Part shown: positions 1-10,100 of the stretch, piece after piece | Position numbering within the stretch: the stretch's first letter is position 1 | Layout: each line of letters begins with the position of its first letter | Source: Calcarisporiella thermophila CBS 279.70 | Taxonomy: Eukaryota > Fungi > Calcarisporiellomycota | Direction: 5' to 3' | DNA length: 64,000 nucleotides | NCBI RefSeq assembly: GCF_041956535.1 | Contig: NW_027192193.1 | Span: 42,172-106,171, forward strand | Position numbers and translations under genes: made by a program | The notes under the pieces: model-generated | The model's database searches: none | What the model was told of the DNA's origin: nothing | Seen by the model: only the letters and a program-made list of their open reading frames with translations

Positions 1-7
1 TTCTACA

Positions 8-959
8 TTGAGCTCTAAAGGCGTTTCAATATCATCTTCATCTCTCCATTCACATACGGCGACTGGCAATCGACGAGCCAAATGGACAGCTAAGGAGATT
101 GATACATTGATCGCAATTGTAGAAGAATATTGGGATACGTATATAAAGGGGATTAAAATGGAGATATGGAAGCGTGCGTCAAATAAGCTCGGCTTTACTA
201 CACAACAGTGCAAGAACAAATACGACTCGCTCCTTAAACTCTGGGTAGCTGTTGAGAAAAAAGAAGGCATGACTGGATCAGATGTTCAAGTGGTTGAACA
301 CCGTGATCATTTTGAAAGATACCATGGATCAAGGGAGAATGTGTCACCTTCCTACAAGATTCCTGGGCCTGAGTATAGTACCTCAACTATCAGTGTAGAT
401 GATCAAAATCTAGGCAGAATTATCAGTGAATCTGTTGAAAGGTGAAAACTAATTTTTTTAGATACAATACAAAATTGTATTGGACGTATATCCGACGTGC
501 CTCATTGAAATATTCTCCGATATTGATAGAGAAGAAAACAACTTAAGTACGATGGATAATGAAGTCGGCCCAAGCCAGGAGAGCCATTTTGAGGACGCGG
601 AGGATGTATCTGATGTAGAGTGGGCAACCCCACCAACGTCTGTTAGCAATCGAACAAAATCTCAAATTGCTAAATCTAGCGGTAAAGGTTCAAAGAATAC
701 GATGGAAGTACTTAATGAATATGTAAAAATAATGGCAGACAAAAGGGAGTCGAAGCGCCGTAAAGAGGAAAGCCAGGCACACTTGAGTTATGAGGCGGAG
801 ATAAAGAAGTTACGATTGCTTAACCAAAAGCTAGAATTGGAACGAAATAATATAGAGTTGGAGAGAATTCGGAACACTGAAGAAATTAAATTTAATAATA
901 GGAGGTTAGATATTGAAATGAAGAAGCTAAATAGAAATAGAGCGCAGGAGGATGAGTAA
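8..959 (+). CDS. Myb/SANT-like DNA-binding protein (PIF/Harbinger accessory ORF), two exons; true start uncertain
   Basis: KWTAKEIDTLIAIV...IWKRAS...TTQQCKNKYDSL trihelix/Myb motif; GT-AG intron 442-529 joins ORFs 8-445 and 480-959 in frame (phase 2); coiled-coil C-terminus; tail-to-tail with a Harbinger transposase. Confidence 0.8.
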
Positions 960-1344
960 AGTACAACGGCTTGTTCATATTCGTACTATCTAACTTTTAG
1001 CCATTAACTTCAACTCATCAATTCGTTTAACTCTTGTCTTCACCTATATTAATTTCCTAATAATTTCCGAACAATTCACTGTTAATGTAATTGTGTTGGT
1101 ACGTGTATGGTAATCATAAGTCCAATTCAATAAAGCATCCTGGTCTTTCTAAGGAACCGGATTACCAGTTAGCACCTACTACATTATTATGGAAAGTGCA
1201 CCGGATTATATCTGATTAAGAATTAATTATGAAAGTGATTACAGTATGATCAAATGATAAATTACAACACCGAATATTTAGTACATTGAACCCAAGCTTA
1301 ACAAAATAAATACCCTTGTATTGTGTCATATATACATTGAATGG

Positions 1345-2180
1345 TTAATCGTAGCCGTTTCTTAATAGCACCTCTGTCAACAAGTTACTTCGCTTTTCTT
1401 TTCCCAAAGCACGAGCACTTCTGTCATAATCCGTATTATAGGTCAATTCATCATCCATTTCTTCCAATATATTCCCCTCATCAACCTCCCACTCATCTCC
1501 AAAGGATTCAACAAAATTGTGCAGCATAATTCCACAATGTATCAGCCTACAATTACTCTCCATGCCCTTCAAGCGCAATGAATAGAATGCTGGGAAGCGG
1601 TTCTTGAGACGACCAATAGCTCTTTCAATAATATTTCTAATTTTACTTGAAAATATCGTATTGAATATTCTCTCTTGGCGATTTTGTGGAGATCGAAAAG
1701 GCGTGATGCAAAAAGGTGAAATGGGATAAGCCGAGTCACCGATAATGTATTCGGGTGGATGCAGTAACACCTCATGTTGCCGAAAAAATTGAGAATTCAC
1801 ATAAACTTTAGCGCCATGGACCGACCCAGGCCAGCCAATTTCATAGTCGATAAAGCGAAAATCCGAATCAACAATTAATTGAGCCTGAGCTGCATACTCT
1901 TTCTTTCGAGACCAATACGTTTCGGGATCCTTGCTAGGTGCGAAATTAAGACGAAAATGTGTCCCATCTATAATTCCTACTACATCTGGAAGGCCACTCA
2001 TATCAAGGAACCTGTTTTTAATCTCCTCCTTTCTTCTAGTATTTGGCCAGGTAACATATTCGGGGCGTAGTGATTCAATCGCGAGGGTAATTCGTTTTGT
2101 GACTTTGATGACAGTACCTTCTGCGATCGGATATTTTGAGGCTAAATCGAAAACATCATTGCCATTGGAAAGCCTACACT
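1345..2180 (-). pseudogene. PIF/Harbinger DDE transposase (DDE_Tnp_4/HARBI1-like), N-terminally truncated
   Basis: GIIDGTH, YWSRKK, GWPGSVH(G), IIGDSAYP, RNIIERAIGRLKNRF and LHNF motifs; the usual GSVHD reads GSVHG; the 5' end abuts LINE sequence. Confidence 0.9.
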
Positions 2181-2189
2181 TTCGCCTTT

Positions 2190-3175
2190 CGATTTTAAAG
2201 GACATCCACCCATTGTGAGGTAAGAGCTGTTGTTTATGGGGAGAGAGAGCGTTTCTTCAATGTTGAATTTCTGGGTGAGATCTAATTTGCCGTCCAGACT
2301 TCTCCATACTCTCAGTAGGTGAGACCATATTCCATCTGTTCGGATGAGTTTGCGTTGTGTGTACTGCGTTGCCAGAATACCCATTCCTATTCCAGCTGGA
2401 GCGTAGAACTTTTCGAACATTTGTATAGTGAGTTGTACCCAAATTGGGCGGATTCCAGTAGACATTGCAGTAGCCATTCTTTGAAACCACGTGGCCAGTA
2501 TCGCGTCAGTTTGATACTTCGGGTTAATGAGTCCCAGGCCTTGTCCTGATGGTTGTTGGAGGATTTCCATAGATATCTATGGGCGCCTTCCTCCCCAGAT
2601 AAAGCTCCTTATGATACTGTTCACGCACTTTAGGAATTTTGGTGGAGGAGGTATAAGTTGAGATATGTACCATAGTTTAGAGAGCAGGCGGAAGTTTACA
2701 AGATGGACTTTTCCTATCAGTGATAGTGATCTCGTTTTCCATGATTCGACGGTCTTTTGTAACTTGGCTCTCAGTTCTTCGAAGTAGCTTTCCCTCGGGA
2801 AGATGCTCTTCGTGCTAAAGGGTATTCCTAGCAGAGTGAAGGATTCCTCTTCCTGTATATAGCGGCATGGTAGTTGTAGGTGCATCCTTGTGAGTTGGCT
2901 TAAGGGGACTGCTTCCGATTTCTGGCAATTGACTTTGGAGTTGGAAGTTCGCTGGAATCTGTCTATTACCTCGAACAGTGTGTCGGCGTCTCGTTGATCA
3001 GCTACTGCCACCGTGATATCATCCGCAAAGGCTGTTGTTACAATACTCGGAATGTTGGGTATCTTTATTCCGCTGATCACGCTCCTTAGTTTGATTAGGA
3101 GTGGCTCTATGGCTATATTGTATAGGAGTGGAGAAAGTGGATCCCTTTGTCTTACCCCTTGATTAACTGGGAATG
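2190..3175 (-). mobile_element. Degenerate L1/Tx1-like non-LTR retrotransposon ORF2 fragment (RT domains 4-7 and downstream)
   Basis: NQGVRQRDPLSPLLYNIAIEPL...AFADDI...SKVNCQKS...LLGIP...WKTRSLSLIGKVHLVN...FIWGG*...GLGLINP; in-frame stop at 2577-2579. Confidence 0.85.
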
Positions 3176-4217
3176 TGGTCCTCGAATGGCAAGGATCCTT
3201 GGCTCGATGGCCAACTCCTCATTGGTTAAAATTACCACACTTCACAACATTTCATGTTGCGTCGAATATATGTCTAATAAGGTCTGTCCCGACAATCCTC
3301 TAGCTATCCCTAAGCTTTTGATTGTCCTTCCTTAAACACTTCAGAAGACTAATAAACAACACAAAGTGGTTTGTAAACTAATCCAGTTCTATCTCAATAC
3401 AAAATAGCACGTCTTTTATTGTAAATGAAATATCGGTCTTTTTATACTGTTGTTAACGTATCACATAGGGAAAAATATAAATAATAAAAGTAATAAAATG
3501 GAATCATCTCAATATAATAAAGTTATCATAAAATAAGGTTGGCGTAATAAACAACTGTATAATATTAAATATTAACACAAAAGGGCTCAGTTAAAGAAAT
3601 AAAGATAATAAAGCGATCAAGTCACAAAAGCTAAGCCTCCGTTCTCTACTACTGCGCCATTGATACATTTAGTTCCAAATTTCCTCACAACATTTGTTAG
3701 AATCTGCGTAGTACATGCGAGGATAGTTAAGATAATTACTGGTTTATTAAACAAGAATACTATCTGGAACTTAGGATGTCTCCCTTTACTATAGCGGGAG
3801 TTCTGTTCAATATATACTAAAAGAATTACATTACAACGATTACTTAATAATGCTCCGATAATGCTCCGAAATAGCAGGTCTTGAGGGATTACGTGGCTTG
3901 GCTTGGTTGTCCTACTGCAGATATCTCGATACGATTCCAACACATTCTGTTACGTAGAATATAAGATAGTATATAGAATAAGGATAAGATATTCGTAATC
4001 TCAGAAGTTTATCAATGTTTCTCTTTAATGTAATTCTTCTCTTATTTTAGTTATACTCAGTTTTAGTTAGAAACACTATATAAGTCTTAATGTTCCTTTT
4101 GTAATAAGAAAATACAGGATTCAAGTTCTTTATTTTTCTATAATTTTTTGGTCTACTTCCCACTATCTTAAGTGCGTGTTCTGCATCAAGGACTGCAGAA
4201 AACTTAAGATAGTAATC

Positions 4218-4553
4218 TTTTTTTTTTTTTGATCAATCAATGGAAACTTTTATTTAATTTCCATATATTACATGAAGTTAATGTCAATGGACTTAATGCG
4301 ATATAGGTCCTTGATCGATAGACTTTCAATCGATATGCGTGTATCGCAGTTGTCACGTATAGCATGTACGTGAAACCGATGTAATCTTTTGTACTTATCG
4401 TAAGGGCGGTCTTTTCAATAACCAAGACTCAGCTTCTGATCAAGTGGATAGCAGCCACAAACTAAGAGTAAGTGCTGGTGGGGGAAGTGGGATTCGAACC
4501 CACGCCGTTCTCATCGGCATCCCAGGAATAGTCCACTAAACTAACCCTCCCCC
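4218..4553 (-). mobile_element. tRNA-headed SINE copy A (full length, poly(A) tail)
   Basis: 78-nt tRNA-like head 4476-4553 (A box, B box GGTTCGAATCC, CCA); poly(T) 4218-4230 on the + strand; flanking direct repeat ACTTAAGATAGTAAT at 4202-4216 and 4555-4569. Confidence 0.85.
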
Positions 4554-4627
4554 GACTTAAGATAGTAATTTTTTTTTGATCAATTAATGGAAACTTTTAT
4601 TTAATTTCCATATATTACATGAAGTTA

Positions 4628-4906
4628 TGTCGTGTGCTAGAGAAGGGATATGCTGTAAGCTAGGATAAATAGGCGAATAGTAGCGGTTTCACGGACAATA
4701 GTTTGTTACTATTTAATATTCCGTAGCGAGACTTTGGTTCAGCCTTCGGATTATATTTTCTGTGACTTACTTTACGTAATTTAAGTGTATAAATAGTCTT
4801 TAGATCTTAAGTGTTGTAAGGACAAGAAGTAACAAGAGTATTATTAGTTTCTTTATATTTTCAATCTCTTTTCAAATATCTCCTTAAACTATCTTGAGCA
4901 CACGAA
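4628..4906. mobile_element. Probable solo LTR
   Basis: Begins TGTCGTGTGCT and ends AGCACACGAA (imperfect terminal inverted repeat); 5-bp TSD AGTTA at 4623-4627 and 4907-4911; internal TATAAATA; removing it restores the SINE B sequence. Confidence 0.7.
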
Positions 4907-4918
4907 AGTTAATGTCAA

Positions 4919-5259
4919 GGGGGAGGGTTAGTGTAGTGGACTATCCCTGGTATGCCGACGAGAACGGCTTGGGTTCGAATCCCACTTCCCCCACCAGCAC
5001 TTACTCTTAGTTTGTGACTGCTATCCACTTGTTCAGAAATTGAGTCTTCATTATTGAAAAGATCGCTCCTACGATAAGTACAAAGATTACATCGGTTTCA
5101 CGTACAGGCTATTCACGACAACTACGATCCACGCAAATCGATTGAACGCCTATCTATCAAGGACCTATATCTCGTCATGTTAAGTCCATTGACATTAACT
5201 TCATGTAATATATGGAAATTAAATAAAAAGTTTCCATTGATTGATCAAAAAAAAAAAAA
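4919..5259 (+). mobile_element. SINE copy C (full length, opposite orientation, nested in copy B)
   Basis: Head 4919-4996 ending CCACCA; poly(A) 5247-5259; 16-bp TSD ATGAAGTTAATGTCAA (right copy 5259-5274; left copy split by the LTR into 4619-4627 and 4912-4918). Confidence 0.85.
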
Positions 5260-5584
5260 TGAAGTTAATGTCAATGGACTTAACATAACGAGATATAGGT
5301 CCTGGATCGATAGACGTTCAATCGATATGCGTGTATCGTAGTTGACGTGAATAGCATGTACGTGAAACCAATGTAATCGTTGTACTTATCGTAAGGGCGA
5401 TCTTTTTAATAATCAAGACTCAGCTTCTGATCAAGTGGATAGCAGTCACAAACTAAGAGTAAGTGCTGGTGGGGGAAGTGGGATTCGAACCCACGCCGTT
5501 GACTTAAGATAGTAATCGGATAAGCGTGATACGTACATTATCTCAACACCTCCCAACCTTCCACACAACAATTCAACAGAACGA

Positions 5585-5656
5585 TCCGAATTGGTCCAGT
5601 GGCTAGGATTTCCCGCTCTCACCGGGACGGCCGGGGTTCGATTCCCCGATTCGGAG
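5585..5656 (+). tRNA. tRNA-Glu(CTC)
   Basis: 72-nt cloverleaf: acceptor TCCGAAT/ATTCGGA, anticodon arm TCCCG-CTCTCAC-CGGGA, T arm CGGGG-TTCGATT-CCCCG; followed by T6. Confidence 0.93.
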
Positions 5657-6035
5657 TAGTTTTTTGCGTTTTTCTCATTATTTTTTGATGTTTTTCTCCC
5701 CTGGAAGGGCATAAGGACGTTCCCCTCGTCGAGAGGAACCGATTGATACCCTTTTTGTGGGGAGTTTCTGCAATTTTTGCGGAATGATCGTAGATGATGA
5801 GAAAATCGACGCTGATGATGGCGATGGTGACTCCGCCAAAACAGCTCCGAATGTCACGGGAACGGTTCAACAGGGACCACTGATGTGTCCTGACCTCGTG
5901 GGGACAGGATCTCTCCGCCATCCGAGCTGTACGCGGTTCATCTGAGGCTCGGAGACATGGAGCCTTCATTCACATGATGAGGCATCGAGCGACGACGAAC
6001 CAGACCAGAGAGCACCACCAGGCGTTGCGCCAAGT
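5634..6035 (+). repeat. tRNA 3' end plus ~380-bp GC-rich sequence X (copy 1), repeated at 12146-12547
   Basis: Highly similar direct repeat; parallel ORFs 5757-5945 and 12270-12458. Confidence 0.9.
5660..5665 (+). terminator. Pol III terminator (T6) of tRNA-Glu
   Basis: TTTTTT starting 4 nt after the discriminator base. Confidence 0.7.
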
Positions 6036-6097
6036 CCCAACTAATGCGAGCGAGAACGCGAGGACCACGTAAGGCGCGTTGCCGCACTGTCTAATAG

Positions 6098-6138
6098 TGT
6101 GGAGACGCGGGGGACACCCCCGCGTACCCCCATTATTA
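6098..6138. repeat. ~40-bp GC hairpin mini-repeat, copy 1
   Basis: TGTGGAGACGCGGGGG-ACA-CCCCCGCGTACCCCCATTATTA; second copy at 11966-12006. Confidence 0.75.
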
Positions 6139-6314
6139 ACAGAAACCCTGCGGACCGGCTATGGAGGAGAATGGCAAAGGTGGAGACTGAGTCAGAGTCA
6201 ACACGACCGTTGACGTGGGATGCTAGCCGCCACAGGATAGCCACGCACGACAATCCGGTATCGACGCTATATGGAGAGGAAGGCACCTCTCACCGGGACG
6301 TATTACCCCAACTT

Positions 6315-7051
6315 NNNNNNNNNNNNNNNNNNNNNNNNNNNNNNNNNNNNNNNNNNNNNNNNNNNNNNNNNNNNNNNNNNNNNNNNNNNNNNNNNNNNNN
6401 NNNNNNNNNNNNNNNNNNNNNNNNNNNNNNNNNNNNNNNNNNNNNNNNNNNNNNNNNNNNNNNNNNNNNNNNNNNNNNNNNNNNNNNNNNNNNNNNNNNN
6501 NNNNNNNNNNNNNNNNNNNNNNNNNNNNNNNNNNNNNNNNNNNNNNNNNNNNNNNNNNNNNNNNNNNNNNNNNNNNNNNNNNNNNNNNNNNNNNNNNNNN
6601 NNNNNNNNNNNNNNNNNNNNNNNNNNNNNNNNNNNNNNNNNNNNNNNNNNNNNNNNNNNNNNNNNNNNNNNNNNNNNNNNNNNNNNNNNNNNNNNNNNNN
6701 NNNNNNNNNNNNNNNNNNNNNNNNNNNNNNNNNNNNNNNNNNNNNNNNNNNNNNNNNNNNNNNNNNNNNNNNNNNNNNNNNNNNNNNNNNNNNNNNNNNN
6801 NNNNNNNNNNNNNNNNNNNNNNNNNNNNNNNNNNNNNNNNNNNNNNNNNNNNNNNNNNNNNNNNNNNNNNNNNNNNNNNNNNNNNNNNNNNNNNNNNNNN
6901 NNNNNNNNNNNNNNNNNNNNNNNNNNNNNNNNNNNNNNNNNNNNNNNNNNNNNNNNNNNNNNNNNNNNNNNNNNNNNNNNNNNNNNNNNNNNNNNNNNNN
7001 NNNNNNNNNNNNNNNNNNNNNNNNNNNNNNNNNNNNNNNNNNNNNNNNNNN
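6315..7051. other. Assembly gap (737 N)
   Basis: Run of N. Confidence 1.
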
Positions 7052-7108
7052 GATTCGGAGTAGTTTTTTCGTTTTTTCTACTTCTTTTTTGCTCCTTGCA
7101 CGCGTCCG

Positions 7109-10100
7109 ATGCCTCCAAACGATCCCCCCAACTGCGACGCATCATTTGATACCCGTTTGGCCAGTGTACGACAAGTTTTCGACGAGTTGGATCGCGATGA
7201 CGAGATTGCGGGCTCAGATGAGCGCGAGCACATTGATGCCAGCACTGACCCAAACGAGGAGATAGACCGCGTCCCAAAAACCCCTCCCCCCAGGTCCCCA
7301 CATGTCCTCCCCTCGAGCGATTTGGGCGCACCCATCCCTTGCAGCCAGCGCCGCAACCTCATCAGTGATGATGACCGCTCCGTGGCGCAGCAACGCGAAA
7401 CGCGACCCACCCTCGACGACTCACAGAGGCGCAGCTCCCAATCCCATGTCATCGTCTCCAAGGCGAGAGCCACGGCCAGCGTCCACTGCCCGGCTCCAGA
7501 CTGCGAATACTGGGGCTTTGTGCCGAGGACAATCACTCGCCACTACCAGCAGACCCATGGAGGCACTCTAGACTTCCAATGGACCTGCTCGGAGCCCGGT
7601 TGCAATCAAGTATCCTGCAGCCAACAGAAGATATGGGATCACGAACAGGAGCAACACAACCTGCCCTGCTTCGGAACGCCTCCTCTCCACCCATCCGATG
7701 TCCCTACAGGAACAAGGATCTTGGACTACCGCGTCCCGACCAACGCATCCCGCTTCCCATGCCCCTTTACAGACCAATGCTCGCATTCGTCAGCGAGGTG
7801 CGACGTGCTGACAAAACACGTGGAGACTATTCACAACGTCACCATCCGCCAGGTATGGCTCCGCCCTAGACCATATTGTCCCTACGAAACCACAGAGAAG
7901 AGGATCGTGATGAAGCACGTAAAATATGAGTGCCGAGCCAGGGACACGGGAAGCAACCCAATCGTCGAGCCGCCCCCAGCTCAGCCCGATACATGCCCAG
8001 GATGTCGCCTCGAAACAGGATCTTCCATCGAGCTGCGCAAACACATGCGCATACACCCTGGCCTCACAAACCTAGAGAGCGGAAGGCTATTCGGCCCACT
8101 CTCTGAGCAGGACCAGATGCTGGTGGAGCAAGCGATTGGCGACGTTGGTTACGAGATAGTAGACGTGGTCCACTACCTACGACTCCACCGAACGTGGAGA
8201 AGCCCAGCAAGGATCCAGGAGGCTGTACGGAAGGTAGCCAGTCGCCCACTGAACCAAAGGTTTCCTCACATGAAGGTGCCACAAAATGATACGACCAGAT
8301 CCATTACGGAGGTCAACTTTTCATTCTGGCCCATCGTTCACGGAACCAGAAGAACAGAGCGAACTACCCTAACCCCGACGACGAAGAAACCACAGAGACA
8401 CCCGACCCATACGTCCCAAGCACAGAGACGAGGGAAGACCCGCAAGAGGAGGCAAACGAGCCACCACTACGACCTCCTCCTCCCATAACTACAAGCTCCT
8501 GATATCAACTACGAGTGCCCCTCTTCAGGAACAAGGAGAATCGAGATCAAGCAGAGAAACTGATCGACGCCATAGTCCGGCGCCATTTGGTACGAGACTC
8601 GGACTCCTGGGACACAGTAGAAAGGAAAGATGCTGGACTTCGAGATGCGCTATGGCAATGCATCCAGGAACTAACAAGTCCACAGAGCCAACGCGGGGAA
8701 GAACAAGGGGAAAGGGCACTCAGAGCGCAAGACACGGAAAGAGATATCACCGCAGAACTAAGGGATCCGAGGCTTCCACGACGCGAACAGAGGCGGCTTC
8801 TGCGACAACGGGCAGAACAGCGCCAAGAAAATGGCTCCCTGTACTTCCAACGGAAATACCAGCACAGACCAAAACAGGTTTTCGAAGAACTAACGGACAA
8901 ACCACGCTCGCCTCCATGTCCAATACCGTGTACAAGTCTAGAGGAAACTTTCCGGACGAGATACGCAGAGGACCAAAACGGAACACTCCCTCCACTAAGC
9001 CCACGAACGACCCAAGAAGCAACAGAAATCAGCCAAACCGAGATCCCGGAAGAGGTGGTCCCGGAAACACAGGAGATCTGCCACACAGCCCCGGCCCCAA
9101 ACGAAGCTGGAGAAGTCGACCGGGTGACCGATGAGAACAGCACAGAGGAGCAAGACAGAGGATGGCGCCTCCGAGAGCCCACGATAGAATCGGTGGAAAC
9201 CAGATTGAGCGCTCTCAACCAAACCTCTAGTGCAGGCCCAGATGGCATTACCTATGCGATCTGGAAACTCTTCCCGTCATTGACAACATGGCTGGAGGCA
9301 ATCTTCCGAAAATGCTTCCAAGAGGCACGGATCCCAGCCCAATGGCGGATCTCCAAAACAATACTCCTGCTAAAGAAGCCGACAGCTGACCCTCTAGACA
9401 TTGGCAACTGGAGGCCTGTGAGTCTGATCACAGTCGGAAGAAGAACACAGTCGGAAAGCTATACTTGAGCGTTCTGAACCACTGCATCCGAGAGACATGT
9501 TCCACACACCGGCTCCTCTCTGTGAACCAGAAAGGATTCATGCCCGTGTCGGGCTGCATAGAACATGACTTTACCATCCACACATACATCAGGCAGGCTC
9601 GCCGCAAAAGCCGAGACATCTACATTGTAAGTTACGACTTCAAAGATGCCTTCGGAGCATTAGACCACTCCATAATCCGACAGGCGATAAATGGACTGGG
9701 GTTCATTGAAATAGCCCAACGTCAGATCATGAGTATGTACGAAGATATCGGCTTCTGGGTGGAATCGACCGAAGGATGCACCCCAATCATCCCACAAAAA
9801 CACGGAGTGAAACAGGGGGATCCCAGCTCACCCTTGATCTTCAACTTGTTCCTGGAATATCTATCCCGTAAACTCAATCGCATCACCACCACCCCAAACA
9901 TCCCGACTAAGCACCTGCTTTTGGCCGACAACCTCATCACCATTGCCGACAACCCGAGCACATGCCAAGCACTGCATGAAGAGGTAGTGGAGTTCTGTCA
10001 CATGACTGGAATAGAGATCCAGGCTCGCAAATGTCACCTCCTAGCGAATCAAGCAGCTGGGAAAGTGAAACGTACGGTGGACAGGTCCTTAAAGCTCACC

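Larger units (their letters stand above)
4570..5500 (-). mobile_element. SINE copy B (5'-truncated), interrupted by a solo LTR and SINE copy C
   Basis: Same body as copy A in pieces 4570-4627, 4912-4918 and 5275-5500; TSD GACTTAAGATAGTAAT at 4554-4569 and 5501-5516. Confidence 0.8.

Noticed and set aside
3948-4145. Possible second LTR (starts TGTTAC, contains TATATAAG)
   Set aside because: No clear ...CA end, TSD or second copy is visible.
4476-5500. tRNA-like sequences at 4476-4553, 4919-4996 and 5466-5500 as tRNA genes
   Set aside because: No proper anticodon arm; attached to a shared body, poly(A) and TSDs, so they are SINE heads.
4202-5516. Three 15-bp direct repeats as a CRISPR-like array
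   Set aside because: Eukaryotic context; the intervening sequences are homologous SINEs and the repeats are TSDs.
6099-7331. Long ORFs (388, 292 and 342 aa) crossing the N run
   Set aside because: Artefacts of translating the assembly gap.
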